From positions 1-64,000 of the forward strand of contig JBDGSL010000002.1 of NCBI GenBank assembly GCA_042217555.1: DNA of 64,000 bases, in the 5' to 3' direction. Origin of the DNA: Candidatus Nanohalobium sp. Its GTDB lineage: Archaea; Nanohalarchaeota; Nanosalinia; Nanosalinales; Nanosalinaceae. Below the pieces are notes generated by a model. That model did no database searches and was not told where the DNA came from. It saw nothing but the letters and a program-made list of their open reading frames with translations. The stretch's first letter is position 1. The number at the start of each line of letters is the position of its first letter. Shown here piece by piece: positions 9,092-19,190 of the stretch. Position numbers and translations under genes: made by a program.

Positions 9092-9937
9092 ATATAGGAT
9101 TTCCTTTCCTTCCTCAGAAAGTTTTTCTTTTATCTCAAAATTGTATTTTTCCTCAAGTTCTGAAACTGTAAACTTTTCCTCGTTAAGATCTTTGAAAAGC
9201 CGCCCCATATTCTCATATCCCTCTGGCTGAGTATATTTTCCTTCTTGGATTGCCCTCAGAAAGGCTAAAGGAGAAATAATAAGTTTGAAATAGTCATCAA
9301 CATGGTTTAGATTCTTAATTTTCCAGTTTACAAAACTTGAGAAAGTAACTCCTGACTTGAAGTTGTTTTTCGTTACTTCATAGGAAATTCTGAGTCTATC
9401 TAATCTACTGTAATTATATCCTATTGAATCGTATGCATTGTGGATATCTAGGATGATCATAGAATTATTGGAGAGAAGTCGACGCCAAAAATCTTTATCC
9501 TCACCATAGCCTAAGCTTCTATAGTTAATATCAGTAAGAAGAGTCTTAGGCCCTATATTTAATCCACCGCCAGCCAGATAAAATTCTTTGTCAATGATAT
9601 TATTCAGTTTTTCAAATATCTGGATAAAATCTTCTATTACAGGATGGTATTTATCATCCATATCCAGCTGTGGTAAAATATATTCTCCCTTTGCTTCCTG
9701 ATTTGCTTGTGCTCTGGCCTCTCCTATATTTTCGTTATCACCTTCTATCCAGCGAAATATTTCATATTCATTTTCTAGTCTATCCAAAATTTCTTGGCTG
9801 CCGTCTGTTGAGCCATCATCTATTACTAAAACTTCAAAGCTCTCATCTAGTTGGTTCAATATGCTTTTCAGACTTTCTTCCAGAGTCTCAGCCATATTGT
9901 AGTTACATGCAGCCACGGTGTATCTCTTTTCTGGCAT
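9086..9937 (-). CDS. Glycosyltransferase family 2
   Basis: YNMAETL, VIDDGSTDGS, DMDD (DxD), GEDKD. Confidence 0.92.
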   Translation of the reverse strand: MPEKRYTVAACNYNMAETLEESLKSILNQLDESFEVLVIDDGSTDGSQEILDRLENEYEIFRWIEGDNENIGEARAQANQEAKGEYILPQLDMDDKYHPVIEDFIQIFEKLNNIIDKEFYLAGGGLNIGPKTLLTDINYRSLGYGEDKDFWRRLLSNNSMIILDIHNAYDSIGYNYSRLDRLRISYEVTKNNFKSGVTFSSFVNWKIKNLNHVDDYFKLIISPLAFLRAIQEGKYTQPEGYENMGRLFKDLNEEKFTVSELEEKYNFEIKEKLSEEGKEILYL

Positions 9938-9943
9938 AAATAC

Positions 9944-10567
9944 CTACTTGTTTAGGCTTCTCTTGAAGAACTCCTCGCGGCTTTTTATCTCCTCTATACT
10001 CATATTTGTCCAATCCAAGGACTTTATTTTTTCTCTTATCTTTTTATTAAATCTATAACGAATGTGTTTAGCAGGAGATCCTCCTACCACTTCAAACTGC
10101 TCAACATCCTTAGTAACAACGCTCCCCGCACCTATTACTGCATGATCCGATATCCTTACTCCTGGTAGTATGATAGCTCTAGCACCTATCCAAACGTTAT
10201 CTCCTATCTCTACTTTTCCGTTTTGACTCTGGTAATTATTCTCCAAGATTTTATTCTGCCATCTTTTTTGTACCGCTGCTCTTGATAAGTCGTGGTTGTG
10301 ACCTTGCATCCAAACTTCAGGACCCACAGCACAGAAACTTCCTATGTTTACTTCACCTCTAGTTATAACTCTTTCAGTAAGGTTAGTCCATCTACCTACC
10401 TCAGTTTCTGGTGAAACATCACAGAACGGACCTATTCTGGAGTTACTACTCAATTCGGTTCCTCTGAACACTTTTGCTGAAAGAGAGATAGAGGAGTTGT
10501 TATTAGAGCCTAAAATTTTTGCCCGGAAGGGTCTTTTGAGATATTCTAGGAGAGACATCTTACCCAA
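9944..10567 (-). CDS. Hexapeptide-repeat O-acetyltransferase (CatB/Vat-like)
   Basis: [48 protein letters not shown]. Confidence 0.9.
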   Translation of the reverse strand: MGKMSLLEYLKRPFRAKILGSNNNSSISLSAKVFRGTELSSNSRIGPFCDVSPETEVGRWTNLTERVITRGEVNIGSFCAVGPEVWMQGHNHDLSRAAVQKRWQNKILENNYQSQNGKVEIGDNVWIGARAIILPGVRISDHAVIGAGSVVTKDVEQFEVVGGSPAKHIRYRFNKKIREKIKSLDWTNMSIEEIKSREEFFKRSLNK

Positions 10568-10603
10568 TGTTAGTATTTTAAGTTAATAGACTAATTTAAG
10601 CCT

Positions 10604-11482
10604 ATGTCCAAAGTTTTGGTAGTTGCATTTGATGGTTTAGATAAGGAATTGATAGAGCAATTCGGTTTAGAAAACATAAAAATGAGCGAATTTGGCAGTA
10701 TCGATAATTCTACAGGTATAACAGATATCAAAACGTCTGAGTTATTTGCATCTTTCATAACTGGAGAGACAAGTGTCAAGCATAAGGTTACAGGGTTAAA
10801 GAAACAACCTGAAACACTTAGATGGAGATTTATAAATTTTCTCACTCCGAAGAAGCTTACTGAAAATATAAGAGGATTTTATAGGTTTAGGGAGACTTTG
10901 AAATGGGTGCTTAATGCTCAGTCTCCTTTTAAATATACAAGAGAAGATATCGATTGCCCAACTATTTTTGATGAGATGAAAAACAGCAGAGCAATGTTTG
11001 TGCCCTCTTATAATCCCGATTTTTTGTGGGATGCTGGGGGTTTAGGATTGATAAATTCACTAGGCTACTCAAGGAGGAAAAAAGTGAAAATTTGGGATGA
11101 ACGCTCTTATGAAATTAGAAAGAATAAATTGTTCAGCGAGCTAGAAAACGATATTATTTCTCCTAGAGACTTTCTGATGGTGCACTTTCATCGTCCAGAC
11201 TTCTATCAACATCTCTACGGCGATAAATATGCTGATATGTATGAAGAGGGAAAACTGAAGCAATTATATAGACAAACAGAAGATTTGGCAGTTAAAATCA
11301 AAAACGCTGCTAAAGAAGCAGGTTACACTCATATTATTTTTATGTCTGATCATGGTTTGCCAACAGAGTATGAACATAATGAGAATGCGTTTTATTCTTG
11401 TAATAAGGAGTTATTTGGTGACGAAACCCCTCATATAACGGATTTCCACGATAAAATTCTGAAGATAACAGGAGGAGAATAA
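10604..11482 (+). CDS. Alkaline phosphatase superfamily (phosphodiesterase-like) protein
   Basis: VVAFDGLD, TSELFASFITG, DFYQH, MSDHG. Confidence 0.82.
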   Translation: MSKVLVVAFDGLDKELIEQFGLENIKMSEFGSIDNSTGITDIKTSELFASFITGETSVKHKVTGLKKQPETLRWRFINFLTPKKLTENIRGFYRFRETLKWVLNAQSPFKYTREDIDCPTIFDEMKNSRAMFVPSYNPDFLWDAGGLGLINSLGYSRRKKVKIWDERSYEIRKNKLFSELENDIISPRDFLMVHFHRPDFYQHLYGDKYADMYEEGKLKQLYRQTEDLAVKIKNAAKEAGYTHIIFMSDHGLPTEYEHNENAFYSCNKELFGDETPHITDFHDKILKITGGE

Positions 11483-11485
11483 TTA

Positions 11486-12307
11486 ATGGGATTTTTGCGG
11501 AAGATGAGGAATTTTGCTGCAGACATAGAAGATTGTTTTGAGGGTAGAAGGGGTTCTTCTAGGCCTAAAATTATCTTAAATGATTTGATGATTTCTCGTA
11601 CTGAGAAGATTAATTCTTCGGATGAAAGAAATTTACAGGAGCTGGATTGGGATAATCTTCTGATTTTGGATGCCTGCCGCCACGATATATACGAAGAAGT
11701 TACTGGGGAAAGAGTTGATTTCAATTATACGAAGAACTCTATGACTAGGTATTATATCCGTGATAATTTCTTGGAAGGAGACTGGAGCGACACTGTATAT
11801 ATAACTTTGAATCCTCATTTTAGTGAGGAGATTTTTGAGGAACTGACTGGTAGGAAACCAGAAGATGTTTTCTTTGAAGTCTTCGAGAGCTGGAAGGATG
11901 TTGAAGGTGAGGAGAGGAAGTTCGATCCTGAGGTCCTGTTGAGAGATGCGAGGACGGCACAGAAGCTTTTCCCGGAAAAGAAGTTGATAGTTCATTTCAT
12001 GCAGCCGCATGTTCCTTTTGAGAATCATCCTGAGACGCCTGAGAGATACAATTACAAGGATGAAGAATACGATGTCTGGGAAGGAGTAATCCGTGGAGAA
12101 ATTGATGCAGAAGGTGCGATAGAAGCCTATAAGAAGAATTTAGAGTTTGTGATGCCTTATGTTGAAGATTTAGTTGAAGATTTGAGAGGTCTATCAGTGA
12201 TTACTTCGGATCATGGGAATTTGATAGGTGAGGGAAATTTCTACGGACATCCGAGAGGTTATTCTTCTGTAGGACTAAGAAAAGTGCCTTGGGATGTAAG
12301 AAATTAA
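11486..12307 (+). CDS. Alkaline phosphatase superfamily protein (WDNLLILDACR type), paralog of 8255
   Basis: WDNLLILDACR, HFMQPH, TSDHGN, YGHP. Confidence 0.85.
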   Translation: MGFLRKMRNFAADIEDCFEGRRGSSRPKIILNDLMISRTEKINSSDERNLQELDWDNLLILDACRHDIYEEVTGERVDFNYTKNSMTRYYIRDNFLEGDWSDTVYITLNPHFSEEIFEELTGRKPEDVFFEVFESWKDVEGEERKFDPEVLLRDARTAQKLFPEKKLIVHFMQPHVPFENHPETPERYNYKDEEYDVWEGVIRGEIDAEGAIEAYKKNLEFVMPYVEDLVEDLRGLSVITSDHGNLIGEGNFYGHPRGYSSVGLRKVPWDVRN

Positions 12308-12385
12308 TTTTTTTATAAACACAATCTCCTAGGTTTATCGTATCACTTATGTAATAAGATTTGTTCGGACATATTGTGGTCTATA

Positions 12386-13145
12386 TTACGTGAATTTTTT
12401 ATTGAAGAAATCCCATTCTTCTTTGATTTCGTCTATGCTCATAGTAGTCCAATCTTTATTTCTTATTTCGTTCCTAGAGCCTTCATCAAATCTGTAACGA
12501 ATATGTTCGGCAGGATTTCCCGCAACAACTTCAAAATTCTTCAACGTCATGAGCTACCACAGATCCTGCACCTATGATCCCATGATTAGAAACCTCCACT
12601 CCTGGCAGGATTATAGCTCTGGCGCCTATCCAGACATTATCTCCTATTTCTATTGGTCTTGTCTTATCACTACGTGTCCCATTTATTGAGATTTCATGCC
12701 TGTTTGAGTCCACTATTTGGACATTCTAACTTATAGCACAATTATTACCAATAGTTATCTTGTCTTCACACATTATTCTTGAGTGCGCGTTTACGAAGGA
12801 GTTGCCTATTTTTAGTTTTCCTTCGAGATGTAGAGCTGAGGACTCTTTGATTGAAGCAAGATCTTCTACGTGGAGTGTGGCTTCTGGAAGGATTTCAATT
12901 TTAGAATAATCGGGTTTTGACGCTTCAGAACTACCGAATCCAAATTTAAACCTCTCGCCAATTTTGATTTTAGATTTTTTTGATATGTTTGACTTGGTTC
13001 TTTTCCCCAGGATAATTTTGTTCATTTTTCCTGTGTGTTTCCAAGATAGATACTGAGATTTGATTGATTTTACCCCAGATTTCCTTAGAGTTCTTAGTAG
13101 ATTTCTATTCATCTCTTGGATAATATTATTAGAGTGGTATAACAA
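12386..13145 (-). pseudogene. Hexapeptide-repeat acetyltransferase pseudogene
   Basis: In-frame TAG at 12726-12728 (CAIS*NVQIVDS, Trp expected) plus a frameshift near 12533. The shifted frame continues EVVAGNPAEHIRYRF...DFFNKKFT*, matching paralogs 9944 and 14042. Confidence 0.88.
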
Positions 13146-13154
13146 AAGAGTTTT

Positions 13155-14036
13155 GTGAAATCGAAAGGTGTGCTAGTGGTGGCTTTTGACGGTCTTGATA
13201 AGGACCTAATTCAGGAGTTTGATCTCGAACATGTTGTTCAGGAAGAATTTGGAAGTATCGATAACGATGATCAAATTTCTGTTAGAAGCACTAGTGAATT
13301 ATTTGCTTCCTTTATTACTGGTGAAACTCATGATCAACATGGAATTGAAGGCCTTACTACTAGAACCAATGAGTCTGTACAGTTTTTTGAAGATAGACTT
13401 CCGGATAATAAATTCTTCAATAAATTCAAGGGTATAAGAGAATCTTTCTACAGTACCGATTTGATAGATGGTAGAAAAAGAAAACCTGAGGAGAAGGATT
13501 TGGAAGTAAAGGCTATTTTTGAAGAAATTGATGATAGCAGGGCGATGTACGTTCCAGGTTATAACCCGTCTAAACTTTGGAAGAATGGATTTTCGATGGG
13601 TAAATTACTATCTCTAGGCAATTCAAAGGTTGAGGTGGAAGATTTTCTGAGAGATAGAGAGTTTGAGGTGAGAAAGAGAAAGCTATTTTCGGAGCTTGAT
13701 AACGAGATTATCTCTCCAAGAAAATTTTTGATGTGTCATTTTCATTTCTCTGATTGGATGCATCACTTATATGGCGACAAGAAGAGTGGTAATTGGGACA
13801 GGCGAAAGTTGTTGGAGATCTATAAAGAATCTGATAATCTGGCCAAAGAGATTCTGGAAAAGGCCGAGGAAGCTAGTTATGATTATGTAATCTTCATGTC
13901 TGACCATGGTCTGCCTGATGAAGAAGCCCACAACGAAAATGCGTTTTATTCTTGTAATAAGGAGTTATTTGGTGAGGAGACGCCCCATATAACTGATTTT
14001 TATGATAAGATTTTGGAGTTATCAAATTCTGGTTAG
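13155..14036 (+). CDS. Alkaline phosphatase superfamily protein, paralog of 10604
   Basis: VVAFDGLD, TSELFASFITG, MSDHGLP, same C-terminal HNENAFYSCNKELFG. Confidence 0.82.
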   Translation: MKSKGVLVVAFDGLDKDLIQEFDLEHVVQEEFGSIDNDDQISVRSTSELFASFITGETHDQHGIEGLTTRTNESVQFFEDRLPDNKFFNKFKGIRESFYSTDLIDGRKRKPEEKDLEVKAIFEEIDDSRAMYVPGYNPSKLWKNGFSMGKLLSLGNSKVEVEDFLRDREFEVRKRKLFSELDNEIISPRKFLMCHFHFSDWMHHLYGDKKSGNWDRRKLLEIYKESDNLAKEILEKAEEASYDYVIFMSDHGLPDEEAHNENAFYSCNKELFGEETPHITDFYDKILELSNSG

Positions 14037-14041
14037 AGAAA

Positions 14042-14656
14042 CTATAGATTTTTATTGAAAAAATTCGAATTTCTTTTCAATTCTTTTTCGGTCATTTCAG
14101 TCCAACGTTTTTCCTTAATTTCCTCTCTCTCTTCTTCGCTAAATCTATATCTTATGTGATCTGCTGGATTTCCCCCTACTACCTCGAACTTTTCTATATC
14201 TTTGGTCACCACCGCACCAGCACCTATTATTGCGTGACTCGAAATATTTACGCCAGGCAGTATAATAGCTCTAGCACCTATCCAGACATTATCTCCTATT
14301 TTTACTCCTTCAGAGTTTTCATTCCCGTAATTATTCCCCAGTACTTCATTCTGCCATCTTTTCTGAGTTGCCGGTTTTGACATATCGTGATTATGACCCT
14401 GGATCCAAACCTCGGGAGCGATTGCGCAAAATTGCCCGACATCCACGTCTCCCCGTATAGTTATTTTTTCGGTTAGATTACTCCACCTTCCTATTCTAGT
14501 TTGTGGAGTTATATCACAGTATGGCCCTATTCTAACGTTTTCTTCGATTTCTGTTCCCCTGAATACTTTAGCCAAAGCCGATATCTTGGCATTATTCTTC
14601 CTTTGGAGATATTTTGACCTGAAAGGCCTCTTCAGTTTCTCAAAAATTGAGGACAT
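14042..14656 (-). CDS. Hexapeptide-repeat O-acetyltransferase, paralog of 9944
   Basis: [37 protein letters not shown]. Confidence 0.9.
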   Translation of the reverse strand: MSSIFEKLKRPFRSKYLQRKNNAKISALAKVFRGTEIEENVRIGPYCDITPQTRIGRWSNLTEKITIRGDVDVGQFCAIAPEVWIQGHNHDMSKPATQKRWQNEVLGNNYGNENSEGVKIGDNVWIGARAIILPGVNISSHAIIGAGAVVTKDIEKFEVVGGNPADHIRYRFSEEEREEIKEKRWTEMTEKELKRNSNFFNKNL

Positions 14657-14689
14657 GTATTAATTACTTAAACAGATTAACTAATAAGT

Positions 14690-15997
14690 ATGGGAGCTAG
14701 ACCCAATATTTTCCTTTTCGTGAAGGACACTGCCCGTGCAAAGAATCTTTCTGCTTACGGTTATGAGAGAGACACTACTCCTTTTCTGGAGAGATGTGCT
14801 GCGGAAGGTTTCAGGTTTGAGAATGCGATTGCGAGTTCTATCTGGACTTATCCTTCTCATGTTTCGATGTTTACGGGGATGTATCCGCATGAGCATGAGC
14901 GGATTTCGAAGCACGATAAGGGCGAGATTTTCTTTGATAGTTTTGTGGAGGACCTTTCGGAAAGGGGTTATGATACTATCGGAATCTCGAGTAATGGCTG
15001 GGTGAGTCATTCTTTCGGTCTGGATGGTTTTTTCGATGATTTTGATATGAAGACTGATAGGAAGACGTATCTTTTTGATGAGGCACCGCTTTTGAAGGAG
15101 TTCGAGCAGAAGGAAGGTCAGGGAATCTGGGATTCTAGGCTGGATAAGTACAGGGATTTCTTTTCGAGAGCTTTCAGGGAGAAGAAGCCTAAATCTGTAC
15201 TAAATGGTTTATACTACGTTTTTGAGCACAAGTTCCTAGATAAGGTTCAGAGTGAGGATTTTTGGTCGGATGACGGTGCTGAAAAAGTTCTGCAGGATCT
15301 GAAGCAGATGGATTTCGATGCGGAGGTTCCGAAGTTCACTTTTGTTAACTTTATCGAGCCCCACAGCCCTTACACGCCACCAACAGAATTCGCGAAGAAG
15401 TTTTACGATGGCGATATTGATGAGCAGAGAGAATTACTTGATACTACTCCTTCGGATTATCTTGGAAAGGAAGATGAAGAGAAGGCAGAAATTCTCAGAG
15501 ATTTCTACGATGCCAGCTTGAACTACATGGATCACATGCTGGAGAAGATTCATGATGAGATAGAGGAGAACACCGACAGAGATAACGTCTTTATCTTCGT
15601 TGGGGATCACGGTGAGATGTTCAATGCTGATGGTTTATGGGAGCATCATGGTGGTTTTCGTAGAGAAGTTGTCAGGGTTCCGCTTATTGTGAAAGGTCAT
15701 GAAGAAGGAATAGAGGAAGGGATTTTCGAGCTGAAAGATATGGGAGACCTAGTCCAAGCGATTGTTGATGGAGAAGAGTTTGACTTCGGCGGTGAAGAGG
15801 CGTATTCGGATTATCTCGGTCTTGATTCTCACATGTTTGATGAGGATGAGATTCCGGAAGGTTTCAATAATCCGAAGACTGCCAGAGTTAAAGCTGATGG
15901 TCTGGAGGTTGTTTCTTCCTTGGATAAAGCTGATGGAAAGTTGAAGGAGCATCTGAGGGCTTTGAAGATGAAGAAGAACAGGAACAACATCGGCTAA
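14690..15997 (+). CDS. Sulfatase-like protein
   Basis: PNIFLFVKDTARA, TTPFL, WTYPSHVSMFTG, EPHSPY, GDHGE. Confidence 0.9.
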   Translation: MGARPNIFLFVKDTARAKNLSAYGYERDTTPFLERCAAEGFRFENAIASSIWTYPSHVSMFTGMYPHEHERISKHDKGEIFFDSFVEDLSERGYDTIGISSNGWVSHSFGLDGFFDDFDMKTDRKTYLFDEAPLLKEFEQKEGQGIWDSRLDKYRDFFSRAFREKKPKSVLNGLYYVFEHKFLDKVQSEDFWSDDGAEKVLQDLKQMDFDAEVPKFTFVNFIEPHSPYTPPTEFAKKFYDGDIDEQRELLDTTPSDYLGKEDEEKAEILRDFYDASLNYMDHMLEKIHDEIEENTDRDNVFIFVGDHGEMFNADGLWEHHGGFRREVVRVPLIVKGHEEGIEEGIFELKDMGDLVQAIVDGEEFDFGGEEAYSDYLGLDSHMFDEDEIPEGFNNPKTARVKADGLEVVSSLDKADGKLKEHLRALKMKKNRNNIG

Positions 15998-16037
15998 AAC
16001 GGTAATGGTTTAAGTTGTTAAATAGGAGGTTGTTTGT

Positions 16038-17447
16038 ATGAGCGAAGTTGGGAGGCCTAATATTGTTCTTGTTGTGATGGATACTGCCAGGGCGAAGAAT
16101 TTTTCCTGTTACGGTTACAGCAAGAAGACTACGCCGTTCTTGGATGAACTGGCTGAGGATAATGTGAAGTACGAGCATGTGGTGACTCAGGCTAACTGGA
16201 CTTTTCCTTCTCATGCTTCGTTCTTCTCCGGAGAATACACTTTCGAGAACGGGAAGGAGCAGCCGGAGTCCTGTGGCGGTTTGGATACTTTTGTAGGAGA
16301 ACTCTCTGATAAAGGTTACAGGACTATCGCTATCTCAAACAATAATTTTATCTCGGCTGATTTCGACTACGATCAGATATTTGATGAGATGATTTACAAC
16401 GAGAGACATGATCTCTACTCTGGCCTGGATATCGATCCTGAGGAGTTGAATGAGAGACATGACTCCGAGCTGGGGAAGTATCTCAATGTCGGTAAATCTA
16501 TACTGGGATCGGGTAAGATCGGAAGGTTCTTTGAGGGCCTGAGTTTTGTAGCCAAGGACAAGCTTTTCCTCCGTGATTCCGGGGCCTCGGAAACTAACAG
16601 GAAAGTCGAGGAAGAGCTTGAAGGTATTGAGGATGACTTCTTTCTTTTCCTGAATTATACAGAGCCTCATGCGAAGTACAGGCCGCCTTTTCCTTTCACC
16701 CACAAGTTTCAGGAGAACAGGTTTATGTTGAGGAGGATCAAGGAGGTATCGGATCACGAGTTAAAGGTGTACCTCAGGAGCGACAAAGAGCCTGAAGAAG
16801 GATTGATGGAGATCAGTGAGAACCTCTACAACGGCGAGCTGAACTATCTTGATGGAAGGATGAAGCAGCTCTACAATTATATCTCGGAGGAGTATCCGAA
16901 CACGGTTTTCATCTTTACTTCAGATCACGGCGAGTACTTCTACGAACACGAAAAGATAGGCCACGTCGCCGGTCTACATGAAGAAGTGACACATGTTCCG
17001 TTCATAGAGGTTTTCCCGGATGGGAGATCTGAGGATATAGAGGAGACTGCAGAACTGAGAAATCTCCATGACCATATACTTGAGCTGTCTGAGGCCGAGA
17101 CGTCACTGATGGAATCAGAGGGTATTTCGTTTTCAGAGTTCTACGGCTCGACGAAACAGTTCCTAGAGAATTTTATCGAGATGGATTCAGATATTGAAAA
17201 ATACTCGAGATACAGGGTTTGTGTCACCACTGATGATTACAAGCTTGTATGGTATGAGGACGGCGAGAAGAAACTTTTCAGCCTCCCAGGACAGGAAATA
17301 GTTCAGAATGAAGAAGCGACTGAAAAACTCTCTAGAGAGATAGAGGAAAAAGCTGTCAATCCTGAAGAAGCCGAAGTCGGCCAGACTGATATCAAAACAG
17401 AGGATGAAGAAGTGAAGAAAAGGTTGGAAGATCTGGGCTACATGTGA
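16038..17447 (+). CDS. Sulfatase-like protein with C-terminal RLEDLGYM tail
   Basis: PNIVLVVMDTARA, WTFPSHASFFSG, EPHAKY, SDHGE. Confidence 0.9.
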   Translation: MSEVGRPNIVLVVMDTARAKNFSCYGYSKKTTPFLDELAEDNVKYEHVVTQANWTFPSHASFFSGEYTFENGKEQPESCGGLDTFVGELSDKGYRTIAISNNNFISADFDYDQIFDEMIYNERHDLYSGLDIDPEELNERHDSELGKYLNVGKSILGSGKIGRFFEGLSFVAKDKLFLRDSGASETNRKVEEELEGIEDDFFLFLNYTEPHAKYRPPFPFTHKFQENRFMLRRIKEVSDHELKVYLRSDKEPEEGLMEISENLYNGELNYLDGRMKQLYNYISEEYPNTVFIFTSDHGEYFYEHEKIGHVAGLHEEVTHVPFIEVFPDGRSEDIEETAELRNLHDHILELSEAETSLMESEGISFSEFYGSTKQFLENFIEMDSDIEKYSRYRVCVTTDDYKLVWYEDGEKKLFSLPGQEIVQNEEATEKLSREIEEKAVNPEEAEVGQTDIKTEDEEVKKRLEDLGYM

Positions 17448-17482
17448 AACGGTAAAAAGTCTGCTCTGGAAATTCTTTATGT

Positions 17483-18952
17483 ATGGGAAGGACTGTAGTT
17501 ATTGGCCTGGATGGTATTGACTGGAAGCTGCTTCAGGAGTTTGTCGATGAAGGTGTTACTCCGAATATCGCAGAGGTTTACGAGAGTGGTTTTAATGGTG
17601 ATCTGAGGAGCATTGATCCTCCTGTTTCTGTTCCTGCCTGGATCTCTTTTTTCACAGGTAAAGAGCCAGATAAACTTGATTTATACTATTTCATGGTTAA
17701 GGAAGAGGGCGGTAACGAGATTGATAGGGATCACAGGCTTGGTGAGCATAATCCTGATGCGTTCTGGAACAGGCTGGAGGATGCTGGTGTTATCGGTGTT
17801 CCTTCAAGCGTCCCGACTGAGGATCTTGATGGTTTCTTGGTTTCAGGGCCTTTCGCGCCTCACGAGTCTTCTGAAGAGGTCCAGGGTCTTGTTGAGGAGT
17901 TTGACTATGATCCTTACCTGCCGAACATGTGGCAGTTCAAAAAGTCTCTGAAGAAGCTGAGGAATGAGGCTGATTTTGCGGATGCTGTTCTGGACGAGAA
18001 GGATCCGGAGTTCTTCATGTTCACGACTTCTGTCACTGACAGGCTGCAGCACTCTTTCTGGGACGACGAGGAGAAGATGGAAGAGCTTTACAGGGAGGTC
18101 GATAACTTCGTTGGCAGGGTTCTTGACCACTTCGATCCTGAGGAGGACAACGTGTTCATCGTTTCGGATCACGGCTTCGAGGACCTGGAGAAGAACTTCT
18201 ACCTGAACTCCTGGCTGAGGGATGAAGGCTATCTGACTCTGAACCAGGGAGATGAAGGATCAGCAGGCAGGGAAGACCTGAGGTATGCCGTGAAGAGGTT
18301 TTCCAAGGATGTGCTGTCAAGGCTTGGTTTACTGGAGATAGCTTTGGATGTTGTTCCGCAGAGAGTGAGAAGTCAGGTCCAGTTTTCAGACGAAATCTGG
18401 GACAAGATCGATTTCTCGAATACTCAGGCTTTCGCGGCCTCGAACTACGTCGGTGAGATCTACGTCAATAAGGAGGAGTACGAGGGCGGCTGTGTACCGG
18501 AGGAAGAGTTTGACGAGGTAAGGGACGAGATAATCGAGAAGCTGAAACAGGTCGAAGATCCTGAAACCGGTGAGAAAGTTGTGGAAGAGATCTGGAGAGG
18601 TGAGGAGATCTACGAAAGGTATGACGATAAGTCTCCGGACATCCTTTTCTACACGAAGGATATGAAGTACAAGGTTAAGCACGATCTCCACGGCAGAGTG
18701 TTTGACGAATCTGTTCCGAACGGTTCACATGGACTAAACGGTGTTATACTAGGCAGAGGGCCGGATATCGAGAACGGCGAGTTCGATATGCACCTTACAG
18801 ATGTCGCTCCTACGCTTCTGCACTTAATGGGAGAGGATGTTCCCGAGGATATGGACGGCGAAGTACCGAAGGAGATCTTTGTAGAGGGTTCGGAGCCGGA
18901 TAGAAGAGAAGTGAGGAAGGTTTCCGAGGAGCTGGAGGATCTGGATTTTTAG
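17483..18952 (+). CDS. Nucleotide pyrophosphatase/phosphodiesterase-like protein (COG3379-like)
   Basis: VIGLDG, PPVSVPAW..FFTG, DRLQH, SDHGF, GSH, DVAPTLLHL. Confidence 0.9.
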   Translation: MGRTVVIGLDGIDWKLLQEFVDEGVTPNIAEVYESGFNGDLRSIDPPVSVPAWISFFTGKEPDKLDLYYFMVKEEGGNEIDRDHRLGEHNPDAFWNRLEDAGVIGVPSSVPTEDLDGFLVSGPFAPHESSEEVQGLVEEFDYDPYLPNMWQFKKSLKKLRNEADFADAVLDEKDPEFFMFTTSVTDRLQHSFWDDEEKMEELYREVDNFVGRVLDHFDPEEDNVFIVSDHGFEDLEKNFYLNSWLRDEGYLTLNQGDEGSAGREDLRYAVKRFSKDVLSRLGLLEIALDVVPQRVRSQVQFSDEIWDKIDFSNTQAFAASNYVGEIYVNKEEYEGGCVPEEEFDEVRDEIIEKLKQVEDPETGEKVVEEIWRGEEIYERYDDKSPDILFYTKDMKYKVKHDLHGRVFDESVPNGSHGLNGVILGRGPDIENGEFDMHLTDVAPTLLHLMGEDVPEDMDGEVPKEIFVEGSEPDRREVRKVSEELEDLDF

Positions 18953-18983
18953 ATTGATAAAGAAGCGGACTCCATTCTTGGGT

Positions 18984-19190
18984 ATGGTAGAGGTAAATAT
19001 TGACGACGGCAAGTACGAGGTTCTGGAGGCTCGTGGAAAAGAGAAGGATTTTGACAGTACTGAGGAGTACATCGATCATCTCCTGGGGCAGATTGTTGAG
19101 AAGATCAGGAGGGAGAAGCAGGAGGAAGAGTACTCCGAGGAGGAAGAGGAAGAGGTCAAGGAGAAGCTGAAGGATCTCGGCTACATGTGA
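18984..19190 (+). CDS. Small CopG/RHH-like protein with acidic linker and KLKDLGYM tail
   Basis: ATG at 18984 (track start 18954): MVEVNID...FDSTEEYIDHLL...YSEEEEEEVKEKLKDLGYM. Confidence 0.8.
   Translation: MVEVNIDDGKYEVLEARGKEKDFDSTEEYIDHLLGQIVEKIRREKQEEEYSEEEEEEVKEKLKDLGYM

Noticed and set aside
14690..17447. Canonical formylglycine arylsulfatases
   Set aside because: They have TxPSH instead of (C/S)xPxR and no maturase is in view.
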